This document shows positions 33,568 to 53,479 of a stretch of DNA of 64,000 nucleotides, piece by piece; the stretch's first letter is position 1, and each line of letters begins with the position of its first letter. Position numbers and translations under genes: made by a program. Location: assembly GCF_009914755.1 (NCBI RefSeq), contig NC_060938.1; one strand, written 5' to 3'. The DNA is from the human T2T-CHM13v2.0 reference genome, Homo sapiens. A model generated the notes under the pieces. That model searched no databases. It was not told the origin of the DNA and worked only from the letters and a program-made list of their open reading frames with translations.

Positions 33568-33573
33568 AATAAA
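33568..33573 (+). terminator. ZBTB42: AATAAA poly(A) signal ending the roughly 2.2-kb ZBTB42 3'UTR
   Basis: First AATAAA I found downstream of the stop codon; preceded by an AU-rich UTR block. Confidence 0.75.
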
Positions 33574-35374
33574 GCCCACCTCCAGTGGAAACGGCAGTGA
33601 CTATTCCTGAGGACGGGTGGGAACAGGTGTCCCAGATGCCACCACGTGCTCATGCTGGTGGATGGGGGAGGCTGGGACAGGGCTGAGGTGGCACCCCCTC
33701 TTTCCCCAGGTTTGTCCCCAACTGCCAGCGTTTGGGGGAGGGGAGTCCAGGGAGGCAGATCTGTCAGGGAGGCGGAGCACACAGGCCAGCTTGGGCAGGG
33801 CAGTCCACGGGGGTTTCTTGCCCTGGGGAAGGAGGCTGGACCCTGGAGGAAACCTGTGAACCTGGGGATGCCATGGCCCTCCCCACTACCCTACGCCCTT
33901 GGCCTCTTGTTGGTGGGAGAAGGCACAGAAATTTCTAGAGCCCTGTGCAGGCTGGGCTGGGCTCTGGGTTGATGAGGCTGGGGTGGGCAATTCCACGCCT
34001 CCTCCTCTGCCCTGCTCCCTCCAGAGGCCTTGCAGGGGGTCATTAGCCCTGAGCCCTCCCTGGCGGGAGCACGGCCTTCCTTTCCAGACCAAATGGGGCA
34101 GGGCCTCTACATGTGCTGTAAGCGTCAACACAGTGCCCTCTTGACTTGCGAAGAGCCAGGGTAAGCCCCAGGCCCAGGACAGGGTGGGGATGGTGCTGGC
34201 CAGACAGTCCTCAAAGTCAGGCTGAGCTGGTGTGCAAGGGCCTGCCCCTCTTGGGTCAGCTCCTGCCGCCTTCCCAGTCCTGACCCCAAATGCAGGTCCT
34301 TCCTTCTGGGAGGTGGTGCTGGCTCCTCCCCTACCCCCTCCCACACCCACCGTGCCTCCTGCTGAGTTTGGACCAGTTCCCTGTCCTGCAGGGAGGCCCT
34401 CTCATGTTCCCAGTTGGGCCCATGACTCAGCCCAGGCCTTCTCAACCCAGAGGAGGAGGCTGTTGCTATGCTAACCATGCAGGAAAGGAGGATGGTCTGC
34501 TGTCCCCTAGGGCGCATGGGGCTTCCTGGGGCCCCTCCAGCCTGCCCAGCTCTGCCACACTGTGCTCACACTCAGCTGACTGCTAGAGCTGTCGTGGAAG
34601 CTTTCAGTCCCACTCCTGGCCAGGGTGGGCCTCCTGGCACCCTCCTTGGAGGCCATCCAGCCGGCTTCCTTGGCTGGATGGTAAACTGAGGCACATGGAA
34701 GGGACCAGTACTTGTCCATGGTCCCAGAGCCAGTTGGTGGCAAATCCAGGACTTCCTTCCACAAACTCCAGGAAACCTCAAGCTGTTTACCCACAGTGCT
34801 GGGCACAGGGCACCAATGCTGTCAGAGGCACGGTGGCAGGTTGGGGCAGCAAGGACGAGGCCAGAGGGAAGGAGAGGGTCAGACTCTGCGGAGGAGGTAT
34901 CCCTGGAGGCTCCCCAGGAAGGGTGACCTCTCAGGAGCCTGCGAGTGGACAACACAGACACAGGCACCAGGCAGGGGCTGGCCCCCCACAGAGGCCCGAT
35001 CATGTCAGCCCAGGTGCGTGGACGCCACCCTGGGGAGGCTGCCTTGCAAGTGGGAAGCAGGTGAGTCGGCAGCCTTGGCCCTTCCCTTCTGCCACCTCCC
35101 CAGCTCCTGCCCACTCCCACACACACCTGGTCTTACCTTTCCCAGTGTTCCTGAATGGTGCTGAGTCCTTCCCGGTGTGGGAGGCTCCACTCCACAGACA
35201 CCCCTGGAGAGCCGGTAACAAACAAACCCGGTGCAGACATGGCTCCAATCCTGGCTGTCCCAGCTCTCAGGGGTGAACTCCAAGCCCACAGAGGCTCTGC
35301 CCTGGTTTTCTATGACTTCTTTCATCCCCACCTCAGTCCCATCTTCAGTGAACACATCCCACGCTGTCATCATG

Positions 35375-38300
35375 GTCATCATCACCATCACCGCCCCCTC
35401 CATGGAACCACAACTGTCACCTCCACCATTACCTTTACCTCCGCCATCAGTATCATCTCCACCACCATCACCTCCACTATCACATCACCTCCACCAGCAT
35501 CACCACCTCCACCACCATCACCTCCACTTTTACCTCCACCAGCATCACCACCATCACCTCCACTTTTACCTCCACCTCCACTACCACCATCACCACCTCC
35601 TCCACCTCCACCATTGCCTCCACCTCCATCATCACCTCCACCTCCAGCACCATCACCTCCACCTCTACCACCATTACCTCCACCATCACCTCCACCTCTA
35701 CCATCACTTCCAACCACCATCACGTCCACCTCCACTACCTACATCGCTACCTCCTCCACCTCCACCGTTGCCTCTACCTCCAGCACCATCACTTCCACCT
35801 CTACCATCGCCTCCAATTCTACCATCACCTCCACCTGTACCATCACTTCCAACCACCATCACCTCCACCTTCACTACCTACATCGCTACCTCCTCCACCT
35901 CCACCATTACCTCCACCTCCACCACCATCACCTCCACCTCTACCATCACTTCCAACCACCATCACCTCCACCTTCACTACCTACATCGCTACCTCCTCCA
36001 CCTCCACCATTACCTCCACCTCCACCACCATCACCTCCACCTCTACCATCACCTCCACCTCTACCACCATTACCTCCACCATCACCTCCACCTCTACCAT
36101 CACTTCCAACCACCATCACCTCCACCTTCACTACCTACATCGCTACCTCCTCCACCTCCACCATTACCTCCACCTCCACCACCATCACCTCCACCTCTAC
36201 CATCACCTCCACCTCTACCACCATTACCTCCACCATCACCTCCACCTCTACCATCACTTCCAACCACCATCACCTCCACCTTCACTACCTACATCGCTAC
36301 CTCCTCCACCTCCACCATTACCTCCACCTCCACCACCATCACCTCCACCTCTACCATCACCTCCACCTCTACCACCATTACCTCCACCATCACCTCCACC
36401 TCTACCATCACTTCCAACCACCATCACCTCCACCTTCACTACCTACATCGCTACCTCCTCCACCTCCACCATTACCTCCACCTCCACCACCATCACCTCC
36501 ACCTCTACCACCATTACCTCCACCATCACCTCCACCTCTACCATCACTTCCAACCACCATCACCTCCACCTTCACTACCTACATCGCTACCTCCTCCACC
36601 TCCACCATTACCTCCACCTCCACCACCATCACCTCCACCTCTACCACCATTACCTCCACCATCACCTCCACCTCTACCATCACTTCCAACCACCATCACC
36701 TCCACCTTCACTACCTACATCACTACCTCCTCCACCTCCACCATTGCCTCTACCTCCAGCACCATCACCTCCGCCTCCACCACCACCACCATCACCTCTA
36801 CCATCACCTTCGATTCTACCATCACCACCACCATCACCTCCACCTCTACCATCATCTTCACATCCACCATCACCTCCACCTCCAGCACCATTACCTACAC
36901 CTCTGCCATCACTTCCACCTTCACCACCTCCTCCATCACCATCATTACCTCCTCCACCTGCATCATCACCTCCACCTCCAGCACCATTACCTCCACCATC
37001 GCCTCCACCACGACATCCACCATTGCCTCCACCACCACATCCACCATCACCTCCACCTCTACCATCACCCTCACATCCACCATCACCTCCACCCCCATCA
37101 CCATCACTACCTCCTCTACCTCCACCTCCATCACCATTACCTCCACCTCTACCACCATTACCTCCATCTCCTCCACCACCACATCCACCATCACCTCCAC
37201 CTCTACCATCACCCTCACATCCACCATCACCTCCACCTCTATCACCTCTACCATCACCATCACCAGTTCCTCTACCTCCACCATCACCTCCACCTCCATC
37301 ACCATTTCCTCCACCGTCACCTCCACCTCCACACCCACCATCACCTCCACCTCTGCCGTCACCCTCACATCCCACATCACCTCCACCACCTCCATCACTA
37401 ACTCCCCCCCTCCACCATTGCGTCCACGTCCACCACCATTACGTCCACCATCATCATCTTCACCTCTGCCATCACCCCCAATTCTACCATCACCTCCACC
37501 TATACCATCACCTAGCCATCCACCATCACCTCCACCTCCTCCACCATCATCTCCACCACCTCCTCCATCACTATCACCTCCACCTCCATTACCACCATCA
37601 CTATCTCCTGCACCTCCACCATCGCCTCCACTTCCACCATCACCTCCACCTCCAGCACCATTTCCTCCACATCCACCATCACCTCCACCTCTACCATCAC
37701 CCTCACATCCATCATCACCTCCATCACCATCACTACCTCCTCTACCTCCACCACTGCCTCCACCTCCAGCACCATTTCCTCCACATCCACCATCACCTTC
37801 ACCTCTACCATCACCCTCACATCCACCATCACCATCACTGCCTCCCCCACCTCCACCATCGCCTCCAACTCCATAGTACCATTACCTCTACCTCCACCAC
37901 CATTGCCTCCACCATCACTTCCACCTCTGCCATCACCTCCAATTCTGCCATCACCTTCACATCCAACATTACCTCCACCTCCTCCACCACCATCACCTCC
38001 ACCACCTTCTCCATCACTATCACCTCCACCTTCACTACCACCATCACTACCTTCTCCACCTCCACCATCGCCTCCACTTCCACTATTGCCTTCACCCCCA
38101 GCACCATTGCCTTCACTTCCACCACCATTACCTCCACCTCTACCATCACCTCCACCTCCTCTACCACCATCATCTCCACATCCACAACCTCTTCCACCAC
38201 TATCACCTCCACCTCTGTTACCTCCACCACCACCATCACCTTCGCCACCATCACCTCCACCTCCATCATCGCCTCCACCTCCAGCACCATTACTTCCACT

Positions 38301-39311
38301 TCTACCACCATTACCTCCATCTCCTCCACCACCATCACCTCCACATCCACCACCTCTTCCACCACCATCACCTCCACCTCCGTTACCTCCACCATCACCT
38401 TCGTCACCATCACCTCCACCTCCACCATCACCTCCACCCCCACCACCTCCTCCACTGTCACCTCAACCACCATCACCTGCACCTCCACCATTACCCCCAT
38501 GATCACTTCCACCTCCACTGCCATCACCTCCATCTCCACCACCTTCACCTCCACCATTGCTTCCACTTCCACCATCACCTCCACCTCCAGCACCATTACC
38601 TCCACCCTCACCTCCACCTCTGCCATCACCTCCAATTCTACCATCACCTCCACCTATACTATCACTTTCACATCCACCATCCCCTCCACCTCCTCCACCA
38701 CCATCACCTCTACCTCCACTACCACCATCACTCCTCCACCTCCACAATCGCCTCCACTTCCACCATTGCTTCCACCTCCAGCACCATTGCCCCCACTTCC
38801 ACCACCATTACCTTCACCATCACCTCCACCTCCACCATCACCTCCACCTTCACTATCACCTCCACGTCTACCATCACCTCCACCTCCTCCACCACCATCA
38901 CCTCCACATCCACCACCTCTTCCATCACCACCACCTTCACCTCCATTACCTCCACCACAACCATCATCTCCACCTCCACCATCACTTCCACCCCCACCAT
39001 AGCCTCCACCTCTACCACCATCACCTCCACCATCATCACCTCCACCTCCACCATTGCCTCCACTTCCACCATCACCTCTACCTCCACCACCTCCACCATC
39101 ATTTCCACCCCCACCATCACCTCCACCCCCACCATCACCTCCACCTCTACCACCATCACCTCCACCATCATCTCCACCTCCACCATCATCACCTCCACCT
39201 CCAGCACCATTGCTTCCACTTCCATCACCATTACCTCCACCATCATCACCTTCATCTCTACCTCCATCTTCACCATCACCATCACCTCCACCTTCACCAC
39301 CACCACCACCT
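35375..39311. repeat. 3.9-kb low-complexity (CCA/TCC/ATC)n tract with higher-order 103-154-bp units
   Basis: Almost G-free + strand built from CACCATCACCTC-type words. Confidence 0.97.
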
Positions 39312-39489
39312 TTATGGAAGATCCCTAAAGAAACTGAGCCAACTCTAGGTCGGCTTCCAGGCTGAGGAAGTAGGGCTTGATTATGTTCAAGCTGAGAAGT
39401 GGTTGGAGAAAGGGGTAATATCTGCCCTCCTCACTCAGTGGAGCTTCAGTATCTGCACTTCCCTTTTCTGTAGCCTTCAAGTTCCAGGA

Positions 39490-39612
39490 TTTTTATTTTT
39501 ATTTTTTGAGACATGGTCTTGTGTCGCCCAGGCTGGTCTTGAACTCCTGGACTCAAGTGACCCTCCCCACTCAGCCTCCTGAGTAGCTAGGATTCTAGGC
39601 ATGAGCCATGGA
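39490..39612 (-). mobile_element. FLAM/monomeric Alu
   Basis: Single Alu-like monomer with a T-rich tail. Confidence 0.85.
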
Positions 39613-40058
39613 ACCTGCTAGTTCCAGGGTATTTTCTGTTTCCCTGCACCTCCTCCCTCTCGCCACTACCCTTCCATATACAGAAGAAGAAAAGTCTGCA
39701 TCTCTGTGAAAGTAGGTCTGTACCTCTCTGCACGCACACCCACTGGCACCTCTGAACACACAGCACAGAAGGAAGGCCGCCCCTGCAAGTCCCAGGAATT
39801 CGGAATTCCATGGCACACAGGGCCACCGGTGCCTGTCCCGTCAGCCACCTGTCCTGTGCTCATAACCATGTCACTCCCTTTCTTCAGCCTCAGCATTCTC
39901 GCCTGTGAAATGGGAATGGCAGACAACCGTTGATGGGTGAATAGGGTAACATCCACACTAAGTGTTGGCAGTGTTGCTGCTGACAAATGTAACACCTGCC
40001 TGCCTCCCTCTGGGGCCATTGCCAGGTCAGAAGGGAACCAAGGGTGAGGAGCCTTTGA

Positions 40059-40281
40059 CAACAAGGCCGTACAGAGCACCCCCAGACTCCCCAGGATAAC
40101 AAGGCCGTACAGAGCACCCCCAGACTCCCCAGGATAACAAGGCCGTACAGAGCACCCCCAGACTCCCCAGGATAACAAGGCCGTACAGAGCACCCCCAGA
40201 CTCCCCAGGATAACAAGGCCGTACAGAGCACCCCCAGACTCCCCAGGATAACAAGGCCGTACACAGCACCCCCAGACTCCC
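40059..40281. repeat. 38-bp VNTR (ACAAGGCCGTACAGAGCACCCCCAGACTCCCCAGGATA) x about 5.8
   Basis: Anchors at 40061, 40099, 40137, 40175, 40213, 40251; first five units identical. Confidence 0.95.
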
Positions 40282-40771
40282 TGGGGCGCCAGGTGTGCTT
40301 GGGCATTGCTGGTCTGTGGACCTTTGCAATCCGGCCCTGGCCTGGCTCTGTTCCCCTGCTCTGGGCAGCCTCTTGCTCCCCTCCCCCTCCCACTTTCCCT
40401 CAACACCCCTTCACCTCCAACTGTTGTGGAGGATGGTGGGGTACACCACAGCAGTGAGGAGTCCAGGGACAGCAGCCTGGAGGGCTAGGCCACTCCCAAC
40501 ACGGGCTGGCAGCAGCAGAAGATGCTGCCTCTGGAGCCTGTGCCAGAGCCTGTGGCTGAGGCGGAGAGGGTGGCCGTTCAGAAAGGTCCCAGGCCACGGA
40601 GGACTGTCCCCTGCCAGGCAGGAATGATTGAGCACCAAGGCTGCTGCTGGCCCAGCTATAGCCCTGGTATCGGAGGTGGCAGTGGATCTGGGGGAGAGCC
40701 AGGGACTCACCTCCCTCTGTGGAACCCTCCTGGTTTTGTTTTCACTAATTTTAGCAGAAGTCTGAGTCTGA

Positions 40772-41100
<329 letters not shown>

Positions 41101-41159
41101 AAGACATCCCTTTCTTTGCTTTCTGAAGCAGACGCTGGGGTATGTTTTTTGTTTCTTTA

Positions 41160-41850
<691 letters not shown>

Positions 41851-42759
41851 CCAGAACCCTGAATGTTTCAGAAGAACATGGAGGCCCAAGGACGCTGGGC
41901 TGGAGCCAGAGGCCCAGATCCCATCCTGGCTCTGCCAGTTCTGGGCAAGCCACTGCAGTTTTCTCATCAGTAAAATTTGTTGATGTTTCCATTTTTGTCC
42001 CACAATATTCCAGGTACACCCACGGACACTTGGGTACAGTCAGGGGGTACAGCCTCACCCACAAAGAAAACCCAGGTAACTCCATTGCCTAGGCCCTCCC
42101 AGTAGCGCCCTTCCCTGGCTGTCACCCCACCCCTGCATCCCCAGAGCAGACCGGGGTGTGGGACAGTCCAGGTCCCCTTTGTGCTTGTTCTCCTGGACAC
42201 TCAGCTGCCCCCGCTGCTGTCCCATGCACTGCTCCCCTGCAGAAGTCCGCCTGCACCACCAACAGGTCGGGAAGGAAGGTGGGGGCATCCCTGACCCCTT
42301 CCCGCTTACCCAGGCCCAGCTCTCCAGAGGCTCACACCCTCCTCCTCTCTGCGGGGCTCTCGACCCACCCCTGTCTCCCCCATATTTTCTCAAGGCTGCA
42401 GCTTTGGGCACCCCATCTCCTTCATCTCCCATCCCACGCGAGCCCCCCACTCCTGGGTCTGTGGCCTTTCCCAGGTCATCTCCAGAGGCCGCGGCTCCCC
42501 TGGAATGTGAGCTTCAGGCATCCTCACTCATGACACAAGCTGCTATTTTCCTGTTTACCTAATCAAGCAGGTAATTTCTCTATACAGTAATTCCTTCATT
42601 TCGTGGTTTTCCATTTCTTGACTTTGCCACCTTCACGAGTCTGTCTCCTGCCCTCTCCTGCCTGCCTCTCGACTCAGTGCCTTGGCCGTCGTTAGATTGA
42701 CCCCAAGCCCCTGCCTCGAGCCCTCCCCTCCTTTTCTATCAAACTACTTCCCAAGACCC

Positions 42760-46150
<3,391 letters not shown>

Positions 46151-46504
46151 TTGATCCCTTACCTCCTTCCACTTTTCTGCCCTTTCCGGTCAGCGTTCTC
46201 ACATGACTGGCCACTTCAGTGTACTTTCTCTTTCCTTTTTTCCTAAGTATTGTTTTAATCTTTATCCTTTGTCATTAAAAAAATAGACATTGAGACTCCC
46301 TGTGGCCTGTGTTCCCTGCCTACCCTGTACCTCCATCCCCACTCCATTTCTCTGCCTTCAAGGAACCACTATTAGTTTCTTGTGTATTCTCCAGTGTTTC
46401 TTTTCGCAACTATAAGCAAATATTTTCCCCCATTACCACCCAAAAAGCAGCATACCATGTATGTTGTTCTGCACCTTGCTTTTTTCACTTAAAAATAGAT
46501 TGTA

Positions 46505-47161
<657 letters not shown>

Positions 47162-47329
47162 TGACTTGGGAGCAAATGTCACATATAAATTCCCCCACGT
47201 GCGGAGGTGTTTCCCTTCCCTTGCTGTGTCTGCATTCGACAGCAGCCACGCTAAGCGGCTGGACCAAATGGAGCATCATAACGTGTTATTTTATTTTATG
47301 ATTTTATTTTATGTTTTTTGAGACAGAGT

Positions 47330-48700
47330 CTCGCTCCTCCCGTCCACCTGCCGGCGCTCCTGGGGCTTCGGGCCACGGCTGTCTCCTCCGGGAGCGGCGG
47401 CGCTGTAGGAAGCCTGGTCCTCTCCCTCAGCGGTCACAGCCATCGCTCGCGTACGCCCCCGGACTGACGCCTCCCGCCGGGAGCCCTCTTCGAATCCCGC
47501 CTGCGCAACTCCCACGCCACAGCCCTGGGCCATCCCTGCTCCCGCGCAGCCCCGGCCGCCTGCCTCCTACCTCGCCTCCCCAAGGCCCCAGCGCGCCGGG
47601 GCTTCCCTGTCCCGGGCGCCTGCTCGTGGCGGCGGGCGGGCTCCTTGTCCGGCTCTTCAGGGCCGGCGCCGGCTCCTGGGCCTCCCCTCCTTCCCATCGC
47701 GGCCTGCTCCTCCCACCCGCCTTCTCCGAGCTGATGCCAAGGCCGGACGGACGCGACAAAGGCCTGCTGCCGAACGTGACCTGTCCGCAGAGTAGACAGA
47801 CGGGCCCCCTGACCGCCAGACTGAGGAGACCCGGCGGGCGGGAGCGGATGGGCGCGCCTGCGCACCCCCTCCCGGCGCTCGCCAGTCACGTGGGGCCGCG
47901 AGTGGCGCCGCTGCCGGAAGCGCCCCCCAAGGAAACGCAAGCAGTGGCGGAGCGGGGTTCCGCCTGGGCCGGGCTCTAGCGCCGGCGCTGCGCGGGAGTC
48001 ATCGCGTGCCGACTTCCGTGTTGTCGCTCTCCCCTCCCAAAAGCGCGGCCGCGAGGACGGGCGCTGCCAGCGATTTCCTCGCCTTTGTGTCGCGGGGCTG
48101 TCCGCTGCGCGTTACTTGGTGCGATACGCGCATTCGGCGGTGATCCCGAGCCCCACGCGAACCTCCCTGTGTCCTTGCTAGTGCCTGGCGCCGTCACTGA
48201 CGCTGAGGCGTGAACACGGAGTCGGCCCAGAGGGGCTGTTCTCCCGGACGCCGAGGCCACCCCACGCGGCCGCAGGGCCGGGCAGAGGGGAACTGCAGGG
48301 AGGCGCGGGCCGCATCCCTCCCGGAGGTCTGCGAGCTTCTTGAGGCCTCACGCCCCCTTTTGAGCCCCGCTGCTGCCCTGTGGCGCTGCTTCTCCATCCC
48401 TGCGGGTGACCATCGACGCGTTCCCCTTGCTCGCTTCTTGGTTACGGGCCAGGGGATACTCCTGCCCGACCCTCGGCATTGCCCAAGGGAGTTTGCACTT
48501 CCCACTGTGCTCTGCCAAGCCTCTGTGGAGAGGAGCCCTCCACCTGCCTGACCGGGCCCAGCTTTGGGGAAGACCTTCTTGGTTTTGTCTGCTGGCTGGA
48601 CTGACCCTGGCCCTCAGCCCAGGTGAGGCGACCAGCGGCATGATGCCCGGGTGGAACACGGATTTCTCTCCAGGGTGGCCGAAGAATGGTTTAGAAGCAG
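47330..48700. promoter_or_regulatory. CpG island with promoter-type motifs and no coding gene
   Basis: NRF1-like GCGCCTGCGCA 47854-47864; GTCACGTG 47885-47892; ETS CCGGAAG 47914-47920 and ACTTCCG 48012-48018; donor CAG|GTGAGG at 48623. Confidence 0.7.
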
Positions 48701-48877
48701 CAGTGGGATGAGGGAGAATCCCGACCCCGTCTCAAAAGGTGAAGATACGTCAGGTCTGGGGGAAAAATATCCCTACTCTAGAGGGCTAAGAGAGCTTGGT
48801 TTGGTGCAAATCTGAGAATCCCTCAACACTTTAATTTCTTTAATCCTGCTAACAGTTAACAACTTCCTACAGGCTGA

Positions 48878-49698
<821 letters not shown>

Positions 49699-49734
49699 CT
49701 TTGTTAACTATAGGATGGATGGATACGTAGATGG

Positions 49735-50650
49735 ATAATGTATCAGAAGCACTTTTGGCTTCACAGCAGAAACTCCAAGTGTGGTGATTTGAACCAATAG
49801 GGATTTATTTTTCTCCCATAACAGGAATCCTGGAGGTAGATGTGACTGGCATTACTTCAGCAGCCCAGTGCTGTAAGGGCCAGCAATTGCAGGGACAGGC
49901 TTTGCAATTCTGTGACTTTCCCTCATGGTCACAAAAGGATTGCCACAGCTCCAGACATCACACCATGTTCTGGCTGTAAGAATGGGGAAATGATAGTTAC
50001 AGAGATGTTTATCTCTTTATTATGAAAGCAAAATTCTCAGAGGCTCCCCAGTAGGCTTCTATGTACATCGTACATGGCTGAGCAGTGCCATGATCTGTCA
50101 GTCTGTCGCCTGCATGCTGGAGAAGGAAGACAGCCATGGTGTCATTAGTCTGAGTCCAAGGCCCGAGGGCAGGAGAAGATGGCCATCCCAGCTCAAACAG
50201 AAGCAAATTCTTCTTCCACCTTTTTGTCCTTTTCAGGCCCTCAGATTGGACAGTGCTCACCCACACTGGTGTGGGTGGGTCTTCTGTACGCAGTTTACTA
50301 TACTAATTCAAGTGCCAACTTCTTCCAGAAACGCCCTCACAGACACACCCAGAAATCACATTTACCAGCTATCTGGGCACCCCCTTGCCCAGTCAAGTTG
50401 ACATAAAATTAACCATCCACCATGTGACAACTGAGGCAGAGCTCGAAGTGCTGCAGCTTCAAGCTGAGGAAAGCAGGACTGTGACCCCACACCAGATGCT
50501 GCTAGGAGAGCAGCGAGGGAGGGGCCTCCTCTCAGCCTTCAGAGGAAGCGCAGCCCTGTGGCACCTTGCCATCCGGCCTCCAGAGCTGTGTGAATGCATT
50601 TCTGCCATTTGTAGCATGCAATTTGTGGTCCTTTGTTACGGCAGTGGAAC
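49735..50650. mobile_element. LTR fragments: MLT1-like, then MLT2-like (ending ccagtcaagttgacataaaattaaccatc), then MLT1-like
   Basis: Recognisable MLT2 terminus and MaLR words (ccagagctgtg..aatgcatttctg). Confidence 0.7.
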
Positions 50651-50818
50651 CCCAGCGCGGCCCCCGACCACAGTGTCTGGGCAAGTGGGAGGGAGGGGGT
50701 AGACAAGCAACCAGATCCCACAGTTGGGTTTTGCTTAGTGATTCCAAAGAGAGACCCAACCAAGGGCCCAGGCTTCTACCCCTGGGCTTTCAAGGAAGTG
50801 ACAGAAGCTACACAGCTT

Positions 50819-51075
50819 GGCCAGGCGCGGTGGCTCACGCCTATAATCCCAGCACTTTGGGAGGCCAAGGCAGATGTTTGAGACCAGCCTGGCCAACGTG
50901 GTGAAACCCCATCTCAGCCAAAAATGCAAAAATCAGCCGGGTGTGGTGGCACATGCCTGTGATCCCAGCTACTCAGGAGGCTGAGGCAGGAGAATCACTT
51001 GAACCAGAGGCAGAGGTTACAGTGAGCCAAGATTGCACCCCTGTATTCCAGCCCAGGTGACTGAGCGAGAGTCCT
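50819..51075 (+). mobile_element. Alu with an internal deletion and no A-tail; TSD AAGCTACACAGCT
   Basis: TSD at 50805-50817 and 51078-51090. Confidence 0.9.
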
Positions 51076-51774
51076 ATAAGCTACACAGCTCTGGCAGCCT
51101 CATGTCATACCCTCTCCTGTCCTACCTACAAGAGGGGAGGGAATTCAGAGCACATATCCTGATAGGCAAAATGCAGTGATTCCCACCCCTGTCACCCCTG
51201 AAGCAGCGAGGGTGTGCATTTGAAATGCTTGCAGGTGAGGACTCTGGCATCTCACCCCCCAGCTGGGAGCCAGCCAAGCTACATTCCCTGCAGACAGTCC
51301 TGCTGTCTCCCTGGGAGCAGAGCGATCCTTGGGGCTGGGCTTATTGTCCCCGAAGGTGGGCTGTCCAGATGAACGTGGAGACGATGCCCACCACCTTGGG
51401 TATTTCCGAATGTGGGAGCCCATGAGAGCAGCAGGCACCAAACTAGTAAGGAGGCAGGCAGGGTGGCAGGCCTGGGGCGAGAACGCCCTGGGTGGGGCCT
51501 GCAGAAACTGGAGCTCTCTCCTTCGAACTCATTTAGAGGTGCAGGCAGGGGTCAGGGAGTAGACCAGGGGCCGAGGTGCCCGGAGGCCAGCCATGTAGGG
51601 CCGTGAGGCTGGTGAGGTTTGAGAGTCAGGGACCCTGACCTTCACGCCCTTTCTCAGGGCCCTGGGAGGGACCCCAGAAATGTACTTGCAGAGTCATGTG
51701 ACATAATTTACATACCTTAAATAAATACACATATCTCTACATCTCTCTCCATACCATCTGTCCATCTATCTACA

Positions 51775-52445
<671 letters not shown>

Positions 52446-52489
52446 GCCAAAAGTAAACAAAGAAAACATATTTCTATATTAAAATATAC

Positions 52490-52491
<2 letters not shown>

Positions 52492-52536
<45 letters not shown>
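52492..52536. repeat. (TG)~22 microsatellite
   Basis: Direct inspection. Confidence 0.95.
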
Positions 52537-52538
<2 letters not shown>

Positions 52539-53479
52539 CCTTGTACCTTAAAGAGGAGCTTAAAGAATGTGCCTGTTGGGCCCTGCAAACCTTCATGTGC
52601 CTCTGCCTGGATCCCAGCAGAGCGAGCACCCCGTGGGCGCTGCGGGGCACGTTTGGCTGCAGAGGCAGCGCCTGAGCAGGGAGGGGTGGCGAGCAAGGCC
52701 CTAGCCGCCTCCTGCCTTTCAGTCTCCTGCCAGCAGCTCCCACTGGCGGCTTCCTGCAGGAACTGGCGGGAAGGGGGTGATGTCCCAGGCAGAGCACAGC
52801 ACTGGGCGGCCGATGGAGGTTCATGGCACAGCCCACGTTTGCACTCTGCGTCCTGTCCTCGGTGACTGTCCTTCCCTAAGAGAAAGAATTTCTAACCCCA
52901 AACAGGGAAGAAACCACAGCGGCACTTCCCACAGAAATCGGAGCTGTGTTGTGAGCCACTAGTAATCCCTCCTTAGAGGTGGCAGGGAAGAGGATCAAAG
53001 GAAATGGTAAATTAACCTGCAATACGCTGCGTCCGGGAATAGAAGCTCCTGCTGCGGCTGGCCCACTCCTCATCCCTGCACCATGGAGGCTCTCCCAGAG
53101 GCATGTCAAAACCCCAGCCTGACGACCAAGCTCTGTCCACTGCCCACCACCAACAGCCACCACTTGAGCCTAGATGTGTGCACGCAGCGGCGGCGTCCAC
53201 CCAGGAGGCAGACCCCAGGAAGAGGCCTGCCGTCTGGGAAGCAGGCTCAGGCCTGTGTGGGCAGCAACCTAGACGGAAGGGGCTAGGTGCTGAGGGGCCA
53301 TGTCCCTTGAGCTGGAGGAGGGCACAGCAAGGAACTCTGCAGCATGGACCTCAGGACAGAGCTCCTGGGTCGGGGCATTGCCGGCCTGCAACGCAGGAGC
53401 GGGTCGGGGGCCCGCACTGGTGAGTACAGCTCCAGCGTTGGTGTGCTAGGGCCACTGTAAGGAGGTGCCTCCAACGGGG

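Noticed and set aside
35155-39348. ORFs of 748, 881 and 752 aa resembling extensin, mucin or His-rich proteins
   Set aside because: The + strand almost lacks G and TAA, so stop codons cannot form; no signal peptide, promoter or domain. Not called as CDS.
40059-40281. CRISPR-like regular repeats (also 8482-8848 and 58496-58631)
   Set aside because: Head-to-tail tandem units without unique spacers, no cas genes, and a eukaryotic context
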